64,000 nt of DNA. Origin: Eledone cirrhosa (Eukaryota). The notes under the pieces were generated by a model. It was not told where the DNA came from and ran no database searches. It worked only from the letters and a program-made list of their open reading frames with translations. The stretch is from contig OZ024754.1 of NCBI GenBank assembly GCA_964016885.1, positions 20,150,001 through 20,214,000 of the forward strand. The letters are read 5' to 3'. This document shows positions 1 through 12,995 of this stretch, piece after piece. How positions within the stretch are numbered: the first letter of the stretch is position 1; each line of letters begins with the position of its first letter. The translations under genes and the position numbers were made by a program.

Positions 1-75
1 GTCTTAGATCAAGTCACTTGCCAGACTGTGGCTAAAATGACTCTTCCATGATATAGTTACTTTAGTTTTCAAACA
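1..75 (+). repeat. 75-bp variant monomer (9-bp deletion of ATGTACAAC); first of about 60-65 dispersed copies
   Basis: TTGCCAGACTGTGGC replaces TTGCCAGACATGTACAACTGTGGC, linked to TCTTAGAT or TCGTAGAT upstream. Other copies start near 580, 1496, 4334, 8664, 16329, 22053, 31121, 40616, 52613 and 63293. Confidence 0.95.
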
Positions 76-3000
76 GTCTCAGATCAAGTCACTTGCTAGA
101 CATGTATAACTGTGGCTAAAATGACTCTTCCATGATATAGTTACTTTAGTTTCAACACAATCTCAGATCAAGTCACTTGCCAGACATGTACAACTGTGGC
201 TAAAATGACTCTTCCTTGGTATAGTTACTTTAGTTTCAACACAATCTCAGATCAAGTTACTTGCCAGATATGTACAACTGTGGCTAAAATGAATCTTCCA
301 TGACATAGTTACTTTAGTTTCAACACAGTTTCAGATCAGGTCACTTGCCAGACACGTACCACTTTGGCTAAAATGACTCTTCCATGATATAGTTACTTTA
401 GTTTCAACACAGTCACAGATCAAGTCACTTGCCAGACATGTACAACTGTGGCTAAAATGACTCTTCCATGATATAGTTACTTTAGTTTCAACACAATCTC
501 AGATCCTGTCATTTGCGAGACATGTACAACTGTGGCTAAAATGACTCTTCCATGATATAGTTACATTAGTTTCAACACGGTCTTAGATCAAGTCACTTGC
601 CAGACTGTGGCTAAAATGAATCTTCCATGATATAGTTACTTTAGTTTTCAAACAGTCTCAGATCAAGTCACTTGCTAGACATGTATAACTGTGGCTAAAA
701 TTATTCTCCCATGATATAGTTACTTTAGTTTCAACACAGTCTCAGTTCAAGTCACTTGCCAGACATGTACAATTGTGGCTAAAATGACACTTCCATGATA
801 TAGTTACTTTGGTTTCAACACATTCTCAGATCAACTCACTTGCCAGACATGTACAACTTTGGCTAAAATCGCTCTTCCATGATACAGTTACTTTAGTTTC
901 AACACAATCTCAGATCAAGTCACTTGCCAGACATGTACAACTGTGGATAAAATGACTCTTCCTTGGTATAGTTACTTTAGTTTCAACACAATCTCAGAAC
1001 AAGTTACTTGCCAGATATGTACAACTGTGGCTAAAATGACTCTTCCATGATATAGTTACTTTAGTTTCAACACAATCTCAGATCAAGTCACTTGCCAGAC
1101 ATGTACAACTCTGACTAAAATGACTCTTCCATGATATAGTTACTTTTGTTTCAACACATTCTCAGATCAAGTCACTTGCCAGACATGTACAACTGTGGCT
1201 AAAATGACTCTTTCTTGGTATAGTTACTTTAGTTTCAACACAATCTCAGATCAAGTTACTTGCCAGACATGTACAACTGTGGCTAAAATGACTCTTCCAT
1301 GATATAGTTACTTTAGTTTCAACACAGTTTCAGATCAGGTCACTTGCCAGACACGTACCACTGTGGCTAAAATGACTCTTCCATGATATAGTTACTTTAG
1401 TTTCAACACAGTTTCACGTCAAGTCACTTACGAGACATGTACATCTGTGGCTAAAATGACACTTCCATGATATAGTTACTTTAGTTTCAACACGGTCTTA
1501 GATCAAGTCACTTGCCAGACTGTGGCTAAAATGACTCTTCCATGATATAGTTACTTTAGTTTTCAAACAGTCTCAGATAAAGTCACTTGCTAGACATGTA
1601 TAACTGTGGCTAAAATGACTCTTCCATGATATAGTTACTTTAGTTTCAACACAATCTCAGATCAAGTCACTTGCCAGACATGTACAACTGTGGCTAAAAT
1701 GACTCTTCCTTGGTATAGTTACTTTAGTTTCAACACAATCTCAGATCAAGTTACTTGCCAGATATGTACAACTGTGGCTAAAATGAATCTTCCATGACAT
1801 TATTACTTTAGTTTCAACACAGTTTCAGATCAGGTCACTTGCCAGACACGTACCACTTTGGCTAAAATGACTCTTCCATGATATAGTTACTTTAGTCTCA
1901 ACACAGTTTCACATCAAGTCACTTGCCAGACATGTACAACTGTGGCTAAAATGACTCTTCCATGATATAGTTACTTTAGTTTTCAAACAGTCTCAGATCA
2001 AGTCACTTGCTAGACATGTATAACTGTGGCTAAAATGACTCTTCCATGATATAGTTACTTTAGTTTCAACACAATCTCAGATCCTGTCATTTGCGAGACA
2101 TGTACAACTGTGGCTAAAATGACTCTTCCATGATATAGTTACATTAGTTTCAACACGGTCTTAGATCAAGTCACTTGCCAGACTGTGGCTAAAATGACTC
2201 TTCCATGATATAGTTACTTTAGTTTCAACACAATCTCAGATCAAGTCACTTGCCAGACATGTACAACTCTGACTAAAATGACTCTTCCATGATATAGTTA
2301 CTTTAGTTTCAACACATTCTCAGATCAAGTCACTTGCTAGACATGTATAACTGTGGCTAAAATTACTCTTCCATGATATAGTTACTTTTGTTTCAACACA
2401 GTCTCAGTTCAAGTCACTTGTCATACATGTACAACTGTGGCTAAAATGACTCTTCCATGATATAGTTACTTTAGTTTCAACACAATCTCACATCAAGTCA
2501 CTTGCCAGACATGTACAACTGTGACTAAAATGAATCTTCCATGATATAGTTACTTTAGTTTCAACACAATCTCACATCAAGTCACTTGCCAGACATGTAC
2601 AACTGTGACTAAAATGACTCTTCCATGATATAGTTACTTTAGTTTCAACACAGTCACAGATCAAGTCACTTGCCAGACATGTACAACTATGGCTCAAATG
2701 ACTCTTCCATGATATAGTTACTTTAGTTTCAACACAGTCTCAGATCAACTCACTTGTCATACATGTACAACTGTGGCTAAAATGACATTTCCATGATATA
2801 GTTACTTTACTTTCAACACAATCTCAGATCAAGTCACTTGCCAGACATGTACAACTGTGACTACAATGACTCTTCCAGGATATAGTTACTTTAGTTTCTA
2901 CATAGTCACAGATCAAGTCACTTGCCAGACATGTACAACTGTGGCTAAAATGACTCTTCCATGACATAGTTACTTTAGTTTCAACACAGTTTCAGATCAG

Positions 3001-3249
3001 GTCACTTGCCAGACACGTACGAATGTGGCTAAAATGACTCTTCCCTGATATAGTTACTTTAGTTTCAACACAGTTTCAGATCAGGTCACTTGCCAGACAC
3101 GTACCACTGTGGCTAAAATGACTCTTCCATGATATAGTTACTTTAGTTTCAACACAGTTTCACATAAAGTCACTTGCCAGACATGTACAACTGTGGCTAA
3201 AATGACTCTTCCATGATATAGTTACTTTAGTTTCAACACAATCTCAGAT

Positions 3250-6200
3250 CCTGTCACTTGCTAGACATGTATAACTGTGGCTAAAATTACTCTTCCATGA
3301 TATAGTTACTTTAGTTTCAACACATTTTCAGATCAGGTCACTTGCCATACACGTACCACTGTGGCTAAAATGACTCTTCCATGATATAGTTACTTTAGTT
3401 TTCAAACAATCTCAGATCATGTCACTTGCTAGACATGTATAACTGTGGCTAAAATGACTCTTCCATGATATAGTTACTTTAGCTTCAACACAGTTTCAGA
3501 TCAGGTCACTTGCCAGACACGTACCACTGTGTTTTATATGACTCTTCCATGATATAGTTACTTTAGTTTCAACACAGTCACAGATCAAGTCACTTGCCAG
3601 ACATGTACAACTGTGGCTAAAATGACTCTTCCATGATGTAGTTACTTTAGTTTCAACACTATCTCAGATCCTGTCAGTTGCGAGACATGTACAACTGTGG
3701 CTAAAATGACTCTTCTATGATATAGTTACTTTAGTTTCAACACAGTCTCAGATCAAGTCACTTGACAGACATGTACAACTGTGGCTAAAATGACTCTTCC
3801 ATGATATAGTTACTTTAGTTTCAACACAGTCTCAGATCAAGTCACTTGCCAGACATGTACAACTGTGGCTAAAATGACTCTTCCATGATATAGTTACTTT
3901 AGTTTCAACACAGTCTCAGATCAAGTCACTTGCCAGACATGTACAACTGTGGCTAAAATGACTCTTCCATGATATAGTTACTTTAGTTTCAACACAGTTT
4001 CAGATCAAGTCACTTGCCAGACATGTACATCTGTGGCTAAAATGACTCTTCCATGATATAGTTACTTTAGTTTCAACACAGTCACAGATCAAGTCACTTG
4101 CCAGACATGTACAACTGTGGCTAAAATGACTCTTCCGTGATATAGTTACTTTAGTTTCAACACAGTCTCAGATCAAGTCACTTGTCATATATGTACAACT
4201 GTGGCTAAAATGACTCTTCCATGATATAGTTACTTTAGTTTCAACACAGTCTCAGATCAAGTCACTTGCCAGACATGTACAACAGTGGCTAAAATGACTC
4301 TTCCATGATATAGTTACTTTAGATTCAACACAGTCTTAGATCAAGTCACTTGCCAGACTGTGGCTAAAATGACTCTTCCATGATATAGTTACTTTAGTTT
4401 CAACACAGTCTCAGATCAAGTTACTTGCCAGACATGTACAACTGTGGCTAAAATGACTCTTCCATGATATAGTTACTTTAGTTTCAACACAATCTCAGAT
4501 CAAGTCACTTGCCAGACATGTACAACTGTGGCTAAAATGACTCTTCCATGATATAGTTACTTTAGTTTCCACACAGTTTCAGATGAAGTCACTTGCCAGA
4601 CATGTACAACTGTGGCTGAAATGACTCTTCCATGATATAGTTACTTTTGTTTCAACACAGTCACAGATCAAGTCACTTGCCAGACATGTACAGCTGTGGC
4701 TAAAATTACTCTTCCATGATATAGTTACTTTAGTTTCAACACAGTCTCAGAACAAGTTACTTGCCAGATATGTACAACTGTGGCTAAAATGACTCTTCCA
4801 TGATATAGTTACTTTAGTTTCAACACAATCTCAGATCAGGTCACTTGCCAGACATGTACAACTCTGACTAAAATGACTCTTCCATGATATAGTTACTTTA
4901 GTTTCAACACATTCTCAGATCAAGTCACTTGCCAGACATGTACAACTGTGGCTAAAATGACTCTTCCATGATATAGTTACTTTAGTTTTCAAACAGTCTC
5001 AGATCAAGTCACTTGCTAGACATGTATAACTGTGGCTAAAATGACTCTTCCATGATATAGTTACTTTAGTTTCAACACAGTCTCAGATCAACTCACTTGC
5101 CAGACATGTACAACTGTGGCTAAAACCGCTCTTCCATGATACAGTTACTTTAGTTTCAACACATCTCAGATCAAGTCACTTGCCAGATATGTACGACTGT
5201 GGCTAAAATGACTCTTTCTTGGTATAGTTACTTTAGTTTCAACACAATCTCAGATCAAGTTACTTGCCAGACATGTACAACTGTGGCTAAAATGACTCTT
5301 CCATGATATAGTTACTTTAGTTTCAACACAGTTTCAGATCAGGTCACTTGCCAGACACGTACCACTGTGGCTAAAATGACTCTTCCATGATATAGTTACT
5401 TTAGTTTCAACACAGTTTCACGTCAAGTCACTTGCGAGACATGTACATCTGTGGCTAAAATGACACTTCCATGATATAGTTACTTTAGTTTCAACACGGT
5501 CTTAGATCAAGTCACTTGCCAGACTGTGGCTAAAATGACTCTTCCATGATATAGTTACTTTAGTTTTCAAACAGTCTCAGAGCAAGTCACTTGCTAGACA
5601 TGTATAACTGTGGCTAAAATGACTCTGCCATGATATAGTTACTTTGGTTTCAACACAATCTCAGATCAAGTCACTTGCCAGACATGTACAACTGTGGCTA
5701 AAATGACTCTTCCTTGGTACAGTTACTTTAGTTTCAACACAATCTCAGATCAAGTTACTTGCCAGATATGTACAACTGTGGCTAAAATGAATCTTCCATG
5801 ACATTATTACTTTAGTTTCAACACAGTTTCAGATCAGGTCACTTGCCAGACACGTACCACTTTGGCTAAAATGACTCTTCCATCATATAGTTACTTTAGT
5901 CTCAACACAGTTTCACATCAAGTCACTTGCCAGACATGTACAACTGTGGCTAAAATGATTCTTCCATGATATAGTTACTTTAGTTTTCAAACAGTCTCAG
6001 ATCAAGTCACTTGCCAGACATGTACAACTGTGGCTAAAATGACTCTTCCATGACATAGTTACTTTAGTTTCAACACAGTTTCAGATCAGGTCACTTGCCA
6101 GACACGTACGAATGTGGCTAAAATGACTCTTCGCTGATATAGTTACTTTAGTTTCAACACAGTTTCAGATCAGGTCACTTGCCAGACACGTACCACTGTG

Positions 6201-8450
6201 GCTAAAATGACTCTTCCATGATATAGTTACTTTAGTTTCAACACAGTTTCACATAAAATCACTTGCCAGACATGTACAACTGTGGCTAAAATGACTCTTC
6301 CATGATATAGTTACTTTAGTTTCAACACAATCTCAGATCCTGTCACTTGCGAGACATGTACAACTGTGGCTAAAATGACTCTTCCATGATATAGTTACTT
6401 TTGTTTCAACACGGTCTTAGATCAAGTCACTTGCCAGACTGTGGCTAAAATGACTCTTCCATGATATAGTTACTTTAGTTTTCAAACAGTCTCAGATCAA
6501 GTCACTTGCTAGACATGTATAACTGTGGCTAAAATTACTCTTCCATGATATAGTTACTTTAGTTTCAACACATTTTCAGATCAGGTCACTTGCCATACAC
6601 GTACCACTGTGGCTAAAATGACTCTTCCATGATATAGTTACTTTAGTTTTCAAACAATCTCAGATCATGTCACTTGCTAGACATGTATAACTGTGGCTAA
6701 AATGACTCTTCCATGATATAGTTACTTTAGCTTCAACACAGTTTCAGATCAGGTCACTTGCCAGACACGTACCACTGTGTTTTATATGACTCTTCCATGA
6801 TATAGTTACTTTAGTTTCAACACAGTCACAGATCAAGTCACTTGCCAGACATGTACAACTGTGGCTAAAATGACTCTTCCATGATGTAGTTACTTTAGTT
6901 TCAACACTATCTCAGATCCTGTCAGTTGCGAGACATGTACAACTGTGGCTAAAATGACTCTTCCATGATATAGTTACTTTAGTTTCAACACAGTCTCAGA
7001 TCAAGTCACTTGACAGACATGTACAACTGTGGCTAACATGACTCTTCCATGATATAGTTACTTTAGTTTCAACACAGTCTCAGATCAAGTCACTTGCCAG
7101 ACATGTACAACTGTGGCTAAAATGACTCTTCCATGATATAGTTACTTTAGTTTCAACACAGTCTCAGATCAAGTCACTTGACAGACATGTACAACTGTGG
7201 CTAAAATGACTCTTCCATGATATAGTTACTTTAGTTTCAACACAGTTTCAGATCAAGTCACTTGCCAGACATGTACATCTGTGGCTAAAATGACTCTTCC
7301 ATGATATAGTTACTTTAGTTTCAACACAGTCACAGATCAAGTCACTTGCCAGACATGTACAACTGTGGCTAAAATGACTCTTCCGTGATATAGTTACTTT
7401 AGTTTCAACACAGTCTCAGATCAAGTCACTTGTCATATATGTACAACTGTGGCTAAAATGACTCTTCCATGATATAGTTACTTTAGTTTCAACACAGTCT
7501 CAGATCAAGTCACTTGCCAGACATGTACAACAGTGGCTAAAATGACTCTTCCATGATATAGTTACTTTAGATTCAACACAGTCTTAGATCAAGTCACTTG
7601 CCAGACTGTGGCTAAAATGACTCTTCCATGATATAGTTACTTTAGTTTCAACACAGTCTCAGATCAAGTTACTTGCCAGACATGTACAACTGTGGCTAAA
7701 ATGACTCTTCCATGATATAGTTACTTTAGTTTCAACACAATCTCAGATCAAGTCACTTGCCAGACATGTACAACTGTGGCTAAAATGACTCTTCCATGAT
7801 ATAGTTACTTTAGTTTCCACACAGTTTCAGATGAAGTCACTTGCCAGACATGTACAACTGTGGCTGAAATGACTCTTCCATGATATAGTTACTTTTGTTT
7901 CAACACAGTCACAGATCAAGTCACTTGCCAGACATGTACAGCTGTGGCTAAAATGACTCTTCCATGATATAGTTACTTTAGTTTCAACACAGTCTCAGAA
8001 CAAGTTACTTGCCAGATATGTACAACTGTGGCTAAAATGACTCTTCCATGATATAGTTACTTTAGTTTCAACACAATCTCAGATCAAGTCACTTGCCAGA
8101 CATGTACAACTCTGACTAAAATGACTCTTCCATGATATAGTTACTTTAGTTTCAACACATTCTCAGATCATGTCACTTGCCAGACATGTACAACTGTGGC
8201 TAAAATGACTCTTCCATGATATAGTTACTTTAGTTTTCAAACAGTCTCAGATCAAGTCACTTGCTAGACATGTATAACTGTGGCTAAAATGACTCTTCCA
8301 TGATATAGTTACTTTAGTTTCAACACAGTCTCAGATCAACTCACTTGCCAGACATGTACAACTGTGGCTAAAACCGCTCTTCCATGATACAGTTACTTTA
8401 GTTTCAACACATCTCAGATCAAGTCACTTGCCAGATATGTACGACTGTGG
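3250..8450 (+). repeat. Block duplication inside the array, offset 3248 bp (about 3250-5200 copied at about 6500-8450); a third related copy lies at about 14.3-15.9 kb
   Basis: Rare markers recur at a constant offset: GTTTTATATG at 3531/6779 (also 14612) and AGATTCAACA at 4321/7569. Confidence 0.8.
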
Positions 8451-11400
8451 CTAAAATGACTCTTCCATGATATAGTTACTTTAGTTTTCAACACAGTTTC
8501 AGATCAGGTCACTTGCCAGACACGTACCACTGTGGCTAAAATGACTCTTCCATGATATAGTTACTTTAGTTTCAACACAGTTTCACGTCAAGTCACTTGC
8601 GAGACATGTACATCTGTGGCTAAAATGACACTTCCATGATATAGTTACTTTAGTTTCAACACGGTCTTAGATCAAGTCACTTGCCAGACTGTGGCTAAAA
8701 TGACTCTTCCATGATATAGTTACTTTAGTTTTCAAACAGTCTCAGAGCAAGTCACTTGCTAGACATGTATAACTGTGGCTAAAATGACTCTGCCATGATA
8801 TAGTTACTTTAGTTTCAACACAATCTCAGATCAAGTCACTTGCCAGACATGTACAACTGTGGCTAAAATGACTCTTCCTTGGTACAGTTACTTTAGTTTC
8901 AACACAATCTCAGATCAAGTTACTTGCCAGATATGTACAACTGTGGCTAAAATGAATCTTCCATGACATTATTACTTTAGTTTCAACACAGTTTCAGATC
9001 AGGTCACTTGCCAGACACGTACCACTTTGGCTAAAATGACTCTTCCATCATATAGTTACTTTAGTCTCAACACAGTTTCACATCAAGTCACTTGCCAGAG
9101 ATGTACAACTGTGGCTAAAATGACTCTTCCATGATATAGTTACTTTAGTTTTCAAACAGTCTCAGATCAAGTCACTTGCTAGACATGTATAACTGTGGCT
9201 AAAATGACTCTTCCATGATATAGTTTCTTTAGTTTGAACACAGTTTCAGATCAAGTCACTTCCGAGACACGTACCACTGTGGCTGAAATGACTCTTCCAT
9301 GATATAGTTACTTTAGTTTCAACATAGTCACAGATCAAGTCACTTGCCAGACATGTACAACTGTGGCTAAAATGACTCTTCCATGACATAGTTACTTTAG
9401 TTTCAACACAGTTTCAGATCAGGTCACTTGCCAGACACGTACGAATGTGGCTAAAATGACTCTTCCATGATATAGTTACTTTAGTTACAACACAGTTTCA
9501 GATCAGGTCACTTGCCAGACACGTACCACTGTGGCTAAAATGACTCTTCCATGATATAGTTACTTTAGTTTCAACACAGTTTCACATCAAGTCACTTGCC
9601 AGACATGTACAACTGTGGCTAAAATGACTCTTCCGTGATATATTTACTTTAGTTTCAACACAGTCTCAGATCAAGTCACTTGCTAGACATGTATAACTGT
9701 GGCTAAAATGACTCTTCCATGATATAGTTACTTTAGTTTCAACACAGTCACAGATCAAGTCACTTGCCAGACATGTACAACTGTGGCTAAAATTACTCTT
9801 CCATGATATAGTTACTTTAGTTTCAACACAATCTCAGATCCTGTCATTTGCGAGACATGTACAACTGTGGCTAAAATGACTCTTCCATGATATAGTTACA
9901 TTAGTTTCAACACGGTCTTAGATCAAGTCACTTGCCAGACTGTGGCTAAAATGACTCTTCCATGATATAGTTACTTTAGTTTTCAAACAGTCTCAGATCA
10001 AGTCACTTGCTAGACATGTATAACTGTGGCTAAAATTATTCTCCCATGATATAGTTACTTTAGTTTCAACACAGTCTCAGTTCAAGTCACTTGCCAGACA
10101 TGTACAACTCTGGCTAAAATCGCTCTTCCATGATACAGTTACTTTAGTTTCAACACAATCTCAGATCAAGTCACTTGCCAGACATGTACAACTGTGGATA
10201 AAATGACTCTTCCTTGGTATAGTTACTTTAGTTTCAACACAATCTCAGAACAAGTTACTTGCCAGATATGTACAACTGTGGCTAAAATGACTCTTCCATG
10301 ATATAGTTACTTTAGTTTCAACACAGTCTCAGATCAAGTTACTTGCCAGACATGTACAACTGTGGCTAAAATGACTCTTCCATGATATAGTTACTTTAGT
10401 TTCAACACAATCTCAGATCAAGTCACTTGCCAGACATGTACAACTGTGGCTAAAATGACTCTTCCATGATATAGTTACTTTAGTTTCCACACAGTTTCAG
10501 ATGAAGTCACTTGCCAGACATGTACAACTGTGGCTGAAATGACTCTTCCATGATATAGTTACTTTTGTTTCAACACATTCACAGATCAAGTCACTTGCCA
10601 GACATGTACAGCTGTGGCTAAAATGACTCTTCCATGATATAGTTACTTTAGTTTCAACACAGTCTCAGAACAAGTTACTTGCCAGATATGTACAACTGTG
10701 GCTAAAATGACTCTTCCATGATATAGTTACTTTAGTTTCAACACAATCTCAGATCAAGTCACTTGCCAGACATGTACAACTCTGACTAAAATGACTCTTC
10801 CATGATATAGTTACTTTAGTTTCAACACATTCTCAGATCATGTCACTTGCCAGACATGTACAACTGTGGCTAAAATGACTCTTCCATGATATAGTTACTT
10901 TAGTTTTCAAACAGTCTCAGATCAAGTCACTTGCTAGACATGTATAACTGTGGCTAAAATGACTCTTCCATGATATAGTTACTTTAGTTTCAACACAGTC
11001 TCAGATCAACTCACTTGCCAGACATGTACAACTGTGGCTAAAACCGCTCTTCCATGATACAGTTACTTTAGTTTCAACACATCTCAGATCAAGTCACTTG
11101 CCAGATATGTACGACTGTGGCTAAAATGACTCTTCCATGATATAGTTACTTTAGTTTTCAACACAGTTTCAGATCAGGTCACTTGCCAGACACGTACCAC
11201 TGTGGCTAAAATGACTCTTCCATGATATAGTTACTTTAGTTTCAACACAGTTTCACGTCAAGTCACTTGCGAGACATGTACATCTGTGGCTAAAATGACA
11301 CTTCCATGATATAGTTACTTTAGTTTCAACACGGTCTTAGATCAAGTCACTTGCCAGACTGTGGCTAAAATGACTCTTCCATGATATAGTTACTTTAGTT

Positions 11401-12995
11401 TTCAAACAGTCTCAGAGCAAGTCACTTGCTAGACATGTATAACTGTGGCTAAAATGACTCTGCCATGATATAGTTACTTTAGTTTCAACACAATCTCAGA
11501 TCAAGTCACTTGCCAGACATGTACAACTGTGGCTAAAATGACTCTTCCTTGGTACAGTTACTTTAGTTTCAACACAATCTCAGATCAAGTTACTTGCCAG
11601 ATATGTACAACTGTGGCTAAAATGAATCTTCCATGACATTATTACTTTAGTTTCAACACAGTTTCAGATCAGGTCACTTGCCAGACACGTACCACTTTGG
11701 CTAAAATGACTCTTCCATCATATAGTTACTTTAGTCTCAACACAGTTTCACATCAAGTCACTTGCCAGAGATGTACAACTGTGGCTAAAATGACTCTTCC
11801 ATGATATAGTTACTTTAGTTTTCAAACAGTCTCAGATCAAGTCACTTGCTAGACATGTATAACTGTGGCTAAAATGACTCTTCCATGATATAGTTTCTTT
11901 AGTTTGAACACAGTTTCAGATCAAGTCACTTCCGAGACACGTACCACTGTGGCTGAAATGACTCTTCCATGATATAGTTACTTTAGTTTCAACATAGTCA
12001 CAGATCAAGTCACTTGCCAGACATGTACAACTGTGGCTAAAATGACTCTTCCATGACATAGTTACTTTAGTTTCAACACAGTTTCAGATCAGGTCACTTG
12101 CCAGACACGTACGAATGTGGCTAAAATGACTCTTCCATGATATAGTTACTTTAGTTACAACACAGTTTCAGATCAGGTCACTTGCCAGACACGTACCACT
12201 GTGGCTAAAATGACTCTTCCATGATATAGTTACTTTAGTTTCAACACAGTTTCACATCAAGTCACTTGCCAGACATGTACAACTGTGGCTAAAATGACTC
12301 TTCCGTGATATATTTACTTTAGTTTCAACACAGTCTCAGATCAAGTCACTTGCTAGACATGTATAACTGTGGCTAAAATGACTCTTCCATGATATAGTTA
12401 CTTTAGTTTCAACACAGTCACAGATCAAGTCACTTGCCAGACATGTACAACTGTGGCTAAAATTACTCTTCCATGATATAGTTACTTTAGTTTCAACACA
12501 ATCTCAGATCCTGTCATTTGCGAGACATGTACAACTGTGGCTAAAATGACTCTTCCATGATATAGTTACATTAGTTTCAACACGGTCTTAGATCAAGTCA
12601 CTTGCCAGACTGTGGCTAAAATGACTCTTCCATGATATAGTTACTTTAGTTTTCAAACAGTCTCAGATCAAGTCACTTGCTAGACATGTATAACTGTGGC
12701 TAAAATTATTCTCCCATGATATAGTTACTTTAGTTTCAACACAGTCTCAGTTCAAGTCACTTGCCAGACATGTACAACTCTGGCTAAAATCGCTCTTCCA
12801 TGATACAGTTACTTTAGTTTCAACACAATCTCAGATCAAGTCACTTGCCAGACATGTACAACTGTGGATAAAATGACTCTTCCTTGGTATAGTTACTTTA
12901 GTTTCAACACAATCTCAGAACAAGTTACTTGCCAGATATGTACAACTGTGGCTAAAATGACTCTTCCATGATATAGTTACTTTAGTTTCAACACA
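7606..12995 (+). repeat. Near-perfect tandem duplication of a 2670-bp (32-monomer) unit
   Basis: Rare markers recur at exactly +2670: AAACCGCTC 8371/11041, CTCAGAGCAA 8741/11411, CTTGCCAGAG 9091/11761, AGTTTGAACA 9231/11901 and TAAAATTATT 10031/12701. 2670 = 32x84 - 18. Confidence 0.92.

Noticed and set aside
3842-3860. p53-family response element (TCACTTGCC AGACATGTAC)
   Set aside because: AGACATGTAC is a 9/10 half-site, but the neighbouring CTTG core is 5 bp away rather than the canonical 6 and has poor flanks. Short motif matches are expected by chance.
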